Origin: an uncultured bacterium
GTDB taxonomy: Bacteria; Oederibacteriota; PGYV01; CAWJRG01
DNA: 64,000 nt
Direction: 5' to 3'
Assembly: GCA_963845185.1 (NCBI GenBank)
Contig: CAWJRG010000009.1
Span: forward strand, 320,001-384,000
Part shown: piece after piece, positions 9,419 through 18,471 of the stretch
Layout: each line of letters begins with the position of its first letter
How positions within the stretch are numbered: the first letter of the stretch is position 1
Notes under the pieces: generated by a model
What the model saw: the letters and a program-made list of their open reading frames with translations, nothing else
Told to the model about the DNA's origin: nothing
Databases searched by the model: none
Program-made: the position numbers and the translations under genes

Positions 9419-9639
9419 AGATGCGCTTTGAAAGCGAAAGAAAAAAGCAAAAAGTGTTAGACCTTGCTTCGTGCTTTATTAAATTTATTTTATGTCAAGA
9501 ACTGTTTTTTTCAGGAGAGGGAGATAAAGCACCCTCACCCTGTTCCTGTTGAAGAATACTTATTATATATTTTATGGACTCTCAACGTTGAATATTCCAC
9601 TGGAATATTCAACCCCTTCTCTGAAAAGGCTTGTCAAGC

Positions 9640-9790
9640 ACAAATCCAAGTATAAGGGCTAAAATGTTAATTAACCTTCTCTTCGCCGCAGTTCTTTTCA
9701 CCCGGCATTATAACAAATCAAATTAAGGCCCTCTAACCTCTCCCACAGCCCAGAAGATTTACTGACTCAGGGGAAAACAGAGCGGCCTAT
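9640..9790 (-). ncRNA. Putative bridge/seek RNA of the IS110 element (approximate limits)
   Basis: Two internal-loop stems; GGGAGAGG (9737-9744) matches the target flank and AGAGAAGG (9675-9682) matches the element end. Confidence 0.6.
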
Positions 9791-10808
9791 AAGTATATTT
9801 TTTATATATCCTTTCTTCATAACCACGATTTTCTTTGAGCATTTTAAATATTATTTCTGCCATGTGCCTTGCAACTGCTATTATTGCCTTGTTTGAACCT
9901 CTGCGGCTTTTTACGTTCAAGTATATTGATTTAAAATACAAAGAACTTCTTACCGCTGTCCAAGCTGCTTCTACAAACGCACATTTTAAATGTTTGTTTG
10001 CCTGCCTTATTATCGGACCTCTATGTATTGTTTTATTACTCGCATATTCGCTTGGAACCAATCCGGCATATGACGCTAATCGTTTTGCCTTAGAGAATCT
10101 ATTTATATCAACTATTTCAAACGCCACTACCTTTGAAAGAACTTCTCCAAATCCAGGTACCGTCTTTATTATTTCCACATATCTATCTTTCCCTGTCATT
10201 TCTTTTGCAAGTTTTTCTGTTGCCTTTATTCCTGTATTAAGTTCGTCCACCAAATGCATCTCGAGGTTCAGCAATTCACGTTCGCTTTTTACCAGTTCGA
10301 CTCTTTCTATTGTGTCCCTGCCTTTTTTCCCAAACAAATCGCTGTGTACGCTTGTATCTATATGGTTCCTTGTCAATAACTGGTGCACCCTATTTTTTAC
10401 AGCTGTCCGTGTGCTCACCAGGAATTGCCTCTCTCTTAATATGTTCTTCTTAAGCCTTATTTCCTTCGACGGCACATATACTTCCGGTATTAAATTTGCT
10501 CTCAACAAATGGGCCAATATCTCCGAATCCCTTACATCGTTTTTTATCTGGCTTTCCGCTATCGCTCTCAGCTTCTGCGCATGCGCCAATTTTGTCTTTA
10601 CGCCGAGTTCCTCCAAAAGGTCGTACACTACTCCCCAGCAGTACGTTGTCTCAATTACCGCTTCGCATTCCTCTCCAATCTCAGCCAGCATTTTCTTAAA
10701 ATCCTCTGTCCTGTTTGAAAGAGCTCCTCTAAATCTGACTTGACCTTCTTTTGTCACCGCTGTAACATAAGACACGTTCTTGTGCACGTCCACACCAAGA
10801 TACAACAT
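9759..10808 (-). CDS. IS110-family DEDD transposase/recombinase
   Basis: YLGVDVHK, VIETT, KNDVRDSEILA, VPGFG, LASYAGLVPSEYAS, KAIIAVARH; RBS aggagg. Confidence 0.95.
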   Translation of the reverse strand: MLYLGVDVHKNVSYVTAVTKEGQVRFRGALSNRTEDFKKMLAEIGEECEAVIETTYCWGVVYDLLEELGVKTKLAHAQKLRAIAESQIKNDVRDSEILAHLLRANLIPEVYVPSKEIRLKKNILRERQFLVSTRTAVKNRVHQLLTRNHIDTSVHSDLFGKKGRDTIERVELVKSERELLNLEMHLVDELNTGIKATEKLAKEMTGKDRYVEIIKTVPGFGEVLSKVVAFEIVDINRFSKAKRLASYAGLVPSEYASNKTIHRGPIIRQANKHLKCAFVEAAWTAVRSSLYFKSIYLNVKSRRGSNKAIIAVARHMAEIIFKMLKENRGYEERIYKKYTYRPLCFPLSQ

Positions 10809-10929
10809 ACGGCACCTCCTAGGTTTTTAATGTTGTGGGTGCTAACACACGCCACGTTACCATTATACCTGGGGGTGCCTTCTTTTCATATTACCTCTCC
10901 CGCAAGTGGGGGAGGGAGATAAGGATAAA

Positions 10930-11421
10930 ATGAAAAATACTATATATCTTTCTCTCGGAAGCAACATAGGAGACAGGAAAAAAAACATAGCTGAAGCTAT
11001 TGATTCACTGGAAAAAGCAGGAATCAGAATAAAAAAAAAATCAGCATTATATGAAACCGAGCCTGTGGGCATAAAGGAACAGGAAAATTTTTATAATATG
11101 TGCTTAGCCGCGGAAACAGAGCTCGAGCCTGAAGATTTATTGAAAAAAATAAAAGAAATAGAAGCGAAAATCGGCAGGCTTCCATCGCAGCGCTGGGGGC
11201 CGAGGATTATAGATATTGACATATTATTTTATAATAATATAATATTTGAGAATGAAGATTTAAAAATTCCGCATCCTGAAATTTTAAACAGGAAATTTGT
11301 GCTTATCCCCATGGCTGAAATAGCAGGTGACTATGTTCATCCGGTAATTAATTCAAAAATCAAGGATATTTTGAAAAATAGCAATTTGATTGAGAAGGTA
11401 ATAAAAATAGGAGTTATATAA
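10930..11421 (+). CDS. folK: 2-amino-4-hydroxy-6-hydroxymethyldihydropteridine diphosphokinase
   Basis: YLSLGSNIGDR, YETEPVG, RWGPRIIDIDIL, IPHP. Confidence 0.95.
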   Translation: MKNTIYLSLGSNIGDRKKNIAEAIDSLEKAGIRIKKKSALYETEPVGIKEQENFYNMCLAAETELEPEDLLKKIKEIEAKIGRLPSQRWGPRIIDIDILFYNNIIFENEDLKIPHPEILNRKFVLIPMAEIAGDYVHPVINSKIKDILKNSNLIEKVIKIGVI

Positions 11422-11424
11422 TTT

Positions 11425-12072
11425 ATGGCGGATTTCCATTATATCGCTATCGAAGGCGTATTAGGGGCAGGAAAGACTTCTTTTGCAAAGAGAATGGCAA
11501 AAGACCTGTCGGCGCGGCTGGTGCTGGAGGAAGTGGACAATAACCCGTTTCTTCCGGGCTTTTACAAGGACATGAAAAATTTCGCTTTGCAGACCCAGCT
11601 TTTTTTCCTTTTAAACAGGGCAAAACAGCAGGCGCCTTTAAAGCAGATGGATTTATTTGAAAACAAGATAGTGGCGGATTATTTGATTGAAAAGGACAGG
11701 ATTTTCGCTTATGTGATACTTGACGAAAACGAACTTAACCTTTATGAGAAAATTTACCCAATAGTGGTTGACGACGCAAAGTTATTAAAACCCGACATTG
11801 TAGTGTATTTGCAGGCAAGCGCCGAGGTTTTAATAGAAAGGATAAAAAGGCGCGGCAGGGACTTTGAAAAGCACATTTCAAAAGAGTATATAGGCAGGCT
11901 TGCAGAGGCGTATACTTATTTTTTTACGCATTTTGACAGCAGGACACCGCTTGTAATAGTAAATACCGATGAAATTGATTTTGTGAACGACGAGGAGCAT
12001 TACCAGATGATTAAACAATTTATTTTTAATATAAAAGGCGGAGTTAATTATTACACCCCGCGCCCAAAATAA
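11425..12072 (+). CDS. Deoxynucleoside kinase
   Basis: IAIEGVLGAGKTS P-loop, NPFLPGFY, QLFFLLNR, RIKRRGRDFE. Confidence 0.9.
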   Translation: MADFHYIAIEGVLGAGKTSFAKRMAKDLSARLVLEEVDNNPFLPGFYKDMKNFALQTQLFFLLNRAKQQAPLKQMDLFENKIVADYLIEKDRIFAYVILDENELNLYEKIYPIVVDDAKLLKPDIVVYLQASAEVLIERIKRRGRDFEKHISKEYIGRLAEAYTYFFTHFDSRTPLVIVNTDEIDFVNDEEHYQMIKQFIFNIKGGVNYYTPRPK

Positions 12073-12076
12073 AAAC

Positions 12077-12865
12077 ATGCTTAATATAAACCAAATAAAA
12101 GCCCTTAAAAACAGAAAAAAAATCGTAATGTTGACTGCTTATGACTACACAATGGCTTCGTTCCTGGAGCAGGCCGGCGTGGACATAATACTCGTGGGAG
12201 ATACGCTGGGAATGGTTTTTGCCGGGAATAAAAGCACCATGCCGGTTAGCGTTGAAGACATGATTTACCATACAAAAGCAGTCAAAAGGGGCGCAAGGAA
12301 CACTTTTATCACGGTTGACATGCCTTTTATGTCTTATCAGGCGTCAATCCGCGACGCAAAGGCAAACGCCGGGAAGATTATGAAGGAAACAGGCGCAAAC
12401 GCTGTAAAGCTCGAGGGCGGCAAGGAAGCAGCCGGGCAGATAAAGGCAATAGTCGATATAGGCATACCGGTTATGGGACATATCGGGCTGCAGCCCCAAT
12501 CGGTAAATAAATACGGCGGTTATGCTTTACAGGGAACAACAGAAGAAGAAAAGGCAAAGCTTATAAAAAGCGCAATTGCGCTTGAAAAAGCAGGAGTGTT
12601 TTCAATCGTTGTGGAAAAGACAAAAAAGGAAACAACCAGGGAAATAACAAATAGCGTGTCCGTGCCTGTCATAGGCATTGGCGCAGGGCCGTTTTGCGAC
12701 GGCCAGGTGCTTGTTACATATGACATGCTCGGCCTCTTTGAGGATTTCAGCCCAAAATTTGTAAAAAAATACGACAACATAGCAGGCAGGATAAAAAAGG
12801 CAGTAAAGTCTTTTATTAGTGATGTAAAAGGCAAAAAATTTCCGGGAAACAAATACAGTTTTTAA
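12077..12865 (+). CDS. panB: 3-methyl-2-oxobutanoate hydroxymethyltransferase
   Basis: MLTAYDY, ILVGDTLGM, DMPFMSY, VKLEGG, IGIGAG..CDGQVLV. Confidence 0.97.
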   Translation: MLNINQIKALKNRKKIVMLTAYDYTMASFLEQAGVDIILVGDTLGMVFAGNKSTMPVSVEDMIYHTKAVKRGARNTFITVDMPFMSYQASIRDAKANAGKIMKETGANAVKLEGGKEAAGQIKAIVDIGIPVMGHIGLQPQSVNKYGGYALQGTTEEEKAKLIKSAIALEKAGVFSIVVEKTKKETTREITNSVSVPVIGIGAGPFCDGQVLVTYDMLGLFEDFSPKFVKKYDNIAGRIKKAVKSFISDVKGKKFPGNKYSF

Positions 12866-12877
12866 CTGCCTTAATTT

Positions 12878-12932
12878 ATCCCCTTTGACAAAGGGGATTT
12901 AAAATCCCCCTCACCCCCTTTATTAAAGGGGG
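12878..12932. repeat. Tandem REP-like hairpins between panB and panC
   Basis: atcccctttg-a-caaaggggat and ccccctttattaaaggggg. Confidence 0.65.
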
Positions 12933-12949
12933 TGGAAAGAAGAAAACGA

Positions 12950-13804
12950 ATGAAAGTAATGAAAAAAGTTTCAGAAGTACAAGAGCACATTAAAAAGCTG
13001 AAAAAAAGAGGGCACCTTATCGGCTTTGTGCCGACTATGGGATATCTGCATGAAGGGCATATTTCACTCGTCGAGCGGGCTGCGCAGGAAACAAAAAAAG
13101 TATTAGTAAGTATTTTTATAAATCCAACCCAGTTTGGGCCGGATGAAGACTTTGGAAGTTACCCCAGAAATGAAAAAAGAGATTTGAAAATGCTGAAAGC
13201 GACCAAAAAAGTGAACTGCGTTTTTATGCCTGAAAAAGAGGAAATGTACAAAGAAGATTTTTCAACTTATGTGAACCTTGAAAATTATATGACTGAGATT
13301 CTTGAGGGCGCGTCAAGGCCCGGGCATTTCAAAGGCGTGACGACAGTTATCGCGAAACTGGTAAATATTGTCCTGCCGGACAGGATATACCTGGGGCAAA
13401 AAGATTTTCAGCAGGCAGCGATACTTGCCAAAATGGCAAAAGACTTAAATTACGCTGCCGAAGTCATCGTATGCCCGACAATAAGGGAAAAAGACGGCCT
13501 TGCCATGAGCTCGAGGAATACTTATCTTTCCGCGGAAGAAAGGGAAAGGGCACTTATAATAAACAAATCCCTGCAGATGGCTGAAAGCATGGTAGAACTG
13601 GGCGAGAGGGATGCCGAAACAGTAATAAAGGAGATAAGGAGAAAAATAAAGGAAGTAAACGTAGAAATTGATTATGTTGAAGTCGTTGACGCAGGGACAC
13701 TGCAAAAAATAAGTAAATTTTCAGGAAAGTCCGCAATAGTCATTGCGGCTGTAGTAGGTAAAACGAGGCTGATAGACAACACGATAATTGAGATTAAAAA
13801 CTAG
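12950..13804 (+). CDS. panC: Pantoate-beta-alanine ligase
   Basis: GFVPTMGYLHEGH, NPTQFGP, RPGHFKGV, GQKDFQQ, GLAMSSRN, RLIDN. Confidence 0.97.
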   Translation: MKVMKKVSEVQEHIKKLKKRGHLIGFVPTMGYLHEGHISLVERAAQETKKVLVSIFINPTQFGPDEDFGSYPRNEKRDLKMLKATKKVNCVFMPEKEEMYKEDFSTYVNLENYMTEILEGASRPGHFKGVTTVIAKLVNIVLPDRIYLGQKDFQQAAILAKMAKDLNYAAEVIVCPTIREKDGLAMSSRNTYLSAEERERALIINKSLQMAESMVELGERDAETVIKEIRRKIKEVNVEIDYVEVVDAGTLQKISKFSGKSAIVIAAVVGKTRLIDNTIIEIKN

Positions 13805-13842
13805 GCGCAGGTTGATTAAAAAAATCAGGAGGTAAAGCATAG

Positions 13843-14217
13843 ATGCTTGTAGAAATGTGCAAGTCGAAAATTCACAGGGCTACTGTAACGGATAAAAACA
13901 TCAATTATGAAGGCAGTATTACAATAGATGGAAAGCTTTTAAATGCCGCAGGAATCAATGTCTATGAAAAAGTGCATGTGTTCAACCTCAACACAGGCGA
14001 CAGGTTTGAGACCTACGCGATAAAAGGCAGGTTGGGCTCAGGAACTGTATGTTTAAACGGCGCCGCGGCTCGGCTTGGAGAAAAAGGCGACCAAATAATT
14101 ATTCTTTCGTATGCCACCGTTCAAGATTACGAGGCAAAAGACTTTAAACCCAGCATTGTTCATGTGGATTCGAAAAACAGGATAAAAAAGTCAGCTTTAA
14201 AGAAGAAAAATAAATAA
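13843..14217 (+). CDS. panD: Aspartate 1-decarboxylase
   Basis: [18 protein letters not shown] (G-S autocleavage site), CLNGAAAR. Confidence 0.97.
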   Translation: MLVEMCKSKIHRATVTDKNINYEGSITIDGKLLNAAGINVYEKVHVFNLNTGDRFETYAIKGRLGSGTVCLNGAAARLGEKGDQIIILSYATVQDYEAKDFKPSIVHVDSKNRIKKSALKKKNK

Positions 14218-14235
14218 GAAAAGGAGAGACTGGAA

Positions 14236-15069
14236 ATGACGGAGCAGGAGAACCAGATAAAAAGGAAAAAACTCGGCATTATAGGATGCGGCAATATAGG
14301 CAATGAAATAGCGCAGGCAATTGATAAGGGTGATATTGATGTTGTTTTGTCCGGATGTTTTGACGTAAAAAAAGAACAATTTGACAATCTGGCCGGGAAG
14401 CTGAAAAATATAAAGCCTCAATTTTTCGAGATGGAAGAACTAATAAAAAACTGCGATATAATACTTGAATGCGCGGTAAAGAGCGCGGTTAAAGGAATAT
14501 TTGAGCTCATTATTAAATACCACAGGGACAGTATATTCTTAAGCGCCGGCGGTGTGCTGGAGAATATGGGCCTTGTTGAAGAAGCCCAGAAAAAAAGGAT
14601 AAATATATACGTGCCTTCCGGCGCGGTCGTGGGGCTTGACGGCCTTGACGCGGCAAAATACAGGGGCTTAAAAAAAGTGACGCTTATAACCAGAAAGCCG
14701 CCCAAGGCTTTCAAGGGAGTGAAATACCTGCAGGAGAAAAATATAGACGTGGATAACATAAAAACAGAAACCGTGGCATTTGAGGGTAATGCAAGGGATG
14801 CCGTCCGGTATTTTCCAGCTAATATAAATGTAGCGGCTACCTTAAGCATAGCCGGAGTTGGACCTGAAAAAACATATGTAAAAATCGTGATAGACCCTTT
14901 TATCACGGCAAACATACATGAAATTATCGTGGAAGGTGATTTCGGCAGGTTCAGGACCATAACCGAAAACCTGCCTTCACCAAACAACCCGAAGACAAGC
15001 TATCTTACTTCGCTTTCTGCCATAGTCCTGATAAAAAAAATAGTGGAACCATTACACATTGGGACTTAA
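14236..15069 (+). CDS. nadX: L-aspartate dehydrogenase
   Basis: GIIGCGNIG, ILECA, PSGAVVGLD, FPANINVAA, PSPNNPKTS. Confidence 0.9.
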   Translation: MTEQENQIKRKKLGIIGCGNIGNEIAQAIDKGDIDVVLSGCFDVKKEQFDNLAGKLKNIKPQFFEMEELIKNCDIILECAVKSAVKGIFELIIKYHRDSIFLSAGGVLENMGLVEEAQKKRINIYVPSGAVVGLDGLDAAKYRGLKKVTLITRKPPKAFKGVKYLQEKNIDVDNIKTETVAFEGNARDAVRYFPANINVAATLSIAGVGPEKTYVKIVIDPFITANIHEIIVEGDFGRFRTITENLPSPNNPKTSYLTSLSAIVLIKKIVEPLHIGT

Positions 15070-16059
15070 ATGATTTACGGAACACCTTCCGCTGTTCCCG
15101 ATTCCCAACTCCCGATTCCCGAACACCTACCCTATTTATCGCTAAATCATTATTTCAGAGAGAAATACAAGAAACGCGTTCAGAAAATTACGGTTTCTCT
15201 CCCTTTTACCTGCCCAAACAGGGACGGGAAAATTTCAAAGGGCGGATGCACATACTGCTATAAGGGCAGCATGCCGCCGAAAAACTCAACAGATATCCCG
15301 CTTGAAAAGCAGATTGAAGAAGGAATATTCAGGGGCAAAAGAAAATTCGGGAAAGACACTTTGTTTATGGTTTATTTTCAGACATACTCAAACACATACG
15401 CTGGTATTGATGAATTAAAAAGCAGATATGATATGGCGCTTAAATATGCGGATGTAATAGGCATTGACGTCGGCACAAGGCCTGACTGCGTTTCGGAGGA
15501 AACCCTTGATTTGCTAAAATCATATTCAAATAAATTGCAGGAAGTATGGATTGAATACGGGCTTCAGTCGGCAAATGACGAGACATTAAAAAGAATAAAC
15601 CGCGGCCATAATGCCGTTGATTTTATAAATGCAGTAAAGCGCACAAAGAAAAAAGGTCTTAAAGTAACAGCGCATATGATTGTTGGGTTCCCATGGGAAA
15701 ACCATGATGATTTCATAAAAACAGCAGAGTTGATATCATCATTGCCAGCTGACGGCATAAAAATACACCCGCTATATATCATGGAAGCTACAAAACTCGG
15801 CGAAGAATATAAAAATAACAAATTTAAATTATTGACCGTTGAAGAATATACCAGTATACTTGCCGATATTGTTGAAATGCTTCCTGAAGATATGGTTATA
15901 ATGCGATTTACAGCAGAAGGTGAAGACAAAGGCCTGCTTGCGCCGGAATACTGCAAGCCGCAGTATAAAAACAGTATAAAAGAAATGCTTATTGAGGAAC
16001 TAAGAAAAAGAGGCACACGCCAAAGTGTGAAATTTAAAGCAAATAGGTCAATAAAATAA
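15070..16059 (+). CDS. TIGR01212 (YhcC-like) radical SAM protein
   Basis: FTCPNRDG..GGCTYC, YFQTYSNTY, GTRPDC, EYGLQS, GIKIHPL. Confidence 0.92.
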   Translation: MIYGTPSAVPDSQLPIPEHLPYLSLNHYFREKYKKRVQKITVSLPFTCPNRDGKISKGGCTYCYKGSMPPKNSTDIPLEKQIEEGIFRGKRKFGKDTLFMVYFQTYSNTYAGIDELKSRYDMALKYADVIGIDVGTRPDCVSEETLDLLKSYSNKLQEVWIEYGLQSANDETLKRINRGHNAVDFINAVKRTKKKGLKVTAHMIVGFPWENHDDFIKTAELISSLPADGIKIHPLYIMEATKLGEEYKNNKFKLLTVEEYTSILADIVEMLPEDMVIMRFTAEGEDKGLLAPEYCKPQYKNSIKEMLIEELRKRGTRQSVKFKANRSIK

Positions 16060-16178
16060 GGAATTTCCGGCTTGTTATCGGCTGTTAAAAGATAATAATA
16101 TACACAACGGAACATTTTATAAAGCAAAGACGTCTAAATTTAGGTTAAAAAACTTTAAAAAGGATTGATACGGCCAAA

Positions 16179-17487
16179 GTGAAGATTATCAGAATACTTA
16201 TACTTGCCATGTTTGTGTTTGTTGGCAGCGTGAAAGCCCAAGATGCCTTAACATGGAAAGACTGCGTTGACGAAACGCTCAAGAACAACCCGACTATAAA
16301 GGCAGCCGCAGCGCAAGTGACGCAAACTAAAGCCCAGGGATGGTCTTCTTTTGCTTCGGCGCTCCCCCAGGTAAGCGCGTATGCAAGCGGGCAGAGAAAC
16401 GGGGAAGACCTGATCTCCAGTACCGAGATAAACGGAATTAATTTTACTACGTTAAACACATCCCATGCCCAAACTTACTCGTATGGAATAACAGCAAAAC
16501 AGCTAATTTTTGACGGGTTCTCGACTTTGCACCTTATGTTAAGCGCATCAGAGAACTCAAAGGCAGCTGAAGAGAATTACAAAGCAAGTTCAGCTTCGGT
16601 AAGGCAGGAGCTTGTTCAGTCATTTGCCGGCCTTTTGGCAGCTCAGGATCTTGTAAAAATAGATACCGATATTCTAAGCCTCAGGAAAAGTCAGCTTAAC
16701 GATATAACCCTTATGTACCAGTCAGGCAGGGAAGATAAAGGGAACTACATGCATACGGAGGCAGCATACGAGCAGTCGGTTTACAGTAAAAATCAGGCTG
16801 TCAGGGGGCTGGAATTGGCAAAGGCCCAGCTGTGTTTCGTATTGGGCAGGAACGAGAAACAGGATATTACAGTGACTGGAGATTTTGCAATATCTTCAGA
16901 CATAAACAGCGAGCCGGATTATAATGCGCTTGCCAAAGATAACCCTTCAATGCAGGCGCTGACAGCCCAGAAAAAATTCGGCTGATTATGCTTCAAAGGC
17001 AGCTCTCGGCAACTTTCTGCCGTCGGTTTATATAACTGGAAGCGCTGGCAGGGAGGACGATGTATGGCTGCCTCAAGCCCAAAGAGTATGGAGCGTTGGC
17101 GTTAGCGCGTCGATGCCGCTTTTTGAAGGCGGCGCACTTGTAGCGAAAGCAATCCAGACACACGCTGCGGCAGATCAGGCAGAAGCAAATGAGAAAGCCG
17201 GCAGGGACCAGATAATACAGGCGCTTATACAGTCGTGGAAGAGCCTTAAAGATGCATATGAATTTGTCGGCGTTCAGAAAAAAAATCTCGACGCTGAAGC
17301 TGAAAGGGCAAAAATTGCCGACGTGGAATACCAGACAGGCCTGATGAATTTTAATGATTGGACAGTAATACAGGATTCTTTTATAGGCTCAAAGACATCA
17401 TACCTTAACTCTCAAACTAATCTGCTTACAACCGAAGCAGCCTGGATACAGGCCAAAGGAGGAACACTCGAAGATGAAAAAAAATAG
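16179..17487 (+). pseudogene. TolC-family outer-membrane efflux protein, split by a frameshift near 16971-16976
   Basis: Signal peptide, NNPTIKAA...LPQVS; removing one A from the A6 run continues KNSADYASKAALGNFLPSVY into the 17113-17487 ORF (PLFEGG, YQTG). May be a sequencing error. Confidence 0.8.
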
Positions 17488-18460
17488 AAGATGGATAACA
17501 ATTTCCGCTGTTGTTGTGGCGGTAATCCTGTTGATAATTATAATTAAAGCAGTGAACGGCAAGGATAAAACAGTCAAAACCATTAACCCGGTTCGCGGAG
17601 AAATCAAGCTTGTGGTTAGTACCACGGGCAGTGTTACCCCGCAGAACAGGCTGGCGATAGAGCCTCCTGTTCCAGGGCGCCTTGACAAGATACTTGTTGT
17701 TGAGGGGCAAAAGGTAAAAGCAGGGCAAACGCTGGTCCTTATGAGTTCGAGTGACAGGGCGGCTATTATGGACGCGGCAGCAGGTTCAGGTAACAAAGAC
17801 CTAAAAGCCTGGACCGATGTTTACAAACCAATTCCGCTTATAGCGCCGATAAACGGTGAAGTAATAGTATCTCAAATGCAGCCCGGGCAGTCAGTATCCA
17901 CTACTGACGCGGTAGTTGTACTGTCAGACAGGCTCATAGTCCGCGCACAGGTGGACGAAACAGACATAGGGAAGGTGCAACTCGGGCAGACTGCTGAAAT
18001 TACGCTTGACGCTTATCAGAATACTGTAGTTGCCGCGACAGTTGACCACATTTACTATGAATCGCAGGTAGTGAACAATGTTACAATTTATGATGTCGAT
18101 ATCCTTGCCAATAACGTGCCTGATTATTTCCGTTCGGGCATGAGCGCCAATATAAATATTATTCTAGCTGACCATAAAGATGTCCTTACGCTTCCTATTG
18201 ACGCAGTAAAAAGGCAGAAAGACGGCAAGGCTTTTGTTATAGTACAGCTGCCAAATGGCAAGCATGAGAAACGCGATGTGATAACAGGGATTCAAGATGA
18301 TAATAATACCAATACTATTGAAATTGCATCCGGCCTCAGCGAAACAGATAACGTAATAGAGAAAAGCCAGAATTATAGTGCTTCGCAAAATTCGGGTGCA
18401 GTTAATCCGTTCATGCCACAAAGGCCAAGAGGAGCCGGAGGCGGCGGTGGAGGCCGTTAG
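17474..18460 (+). CDS. MacA-like periplasmic adaptor subunit
   Basis: N-terminal TM, VVEGQKVKAGQ, APINGEV, VDETDIGKVQLGQ, RSGMSA. Confidence 0.9.
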   Translation: MKKNRRWITISAVVVAVILLIIIIKAVNGKDKTVKTINPVRGEIKLVVSTTGSVTPQNRLAIEPPVPGRLDKILVVEGQKVKAGQTLVLMSSSDRAAIMDAAAGSGNKDLKAWTDVYKPIPLIAPINGEVIVSQMQPGQSVSTTDAVVVLSDRLIVRAQVDETDIGKVQLGQTAEITLDAYQNTVVAATVDHIYYESQVVNNVTIYDVDILANNVPDYFRSGMSANINIILADHKDVLTLPIDAVKRQKDGKAFVIVQLPNGKHEKRDVITGIQDDNNTNTIEIASGLSETDNVIEKSQNYSASQNSGAVNPFMPQRPRGAGGGGGGR

Positions 18461-18471
18461 AAGGGTAGCAC

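Larger units (their letters stand above)
9615..10896 (-). mobile_element. IS110-family (IS1111-like) insertion sequence in a REP-like hairpin; span includes both CCT core copies
   Basis: CCT at 9615-9617 and 10894-10896; subterminal IR (ttttca/tgaaaa); joined ends on the - strand give TTGACA-17-TAATAT. Confidence 0.8.

Noticed and set aside
9548..9586. GTTG...CAAC unit resembling a type II-C/VI-B CRISPR repeat
   Set aside because: Single copy, no spacers, no cas genes.
9545..9614. IS right end placed at CCT 9545-9547
   Set aside because: Subterminal IR, 17-bp junction promoter spacing and the donor guide all point to 9615-9617.
9835..10743. 302-aa + strand ORF
   Set aside because: Antisense shadow of the IS110 transposase with no recognisable motifs.
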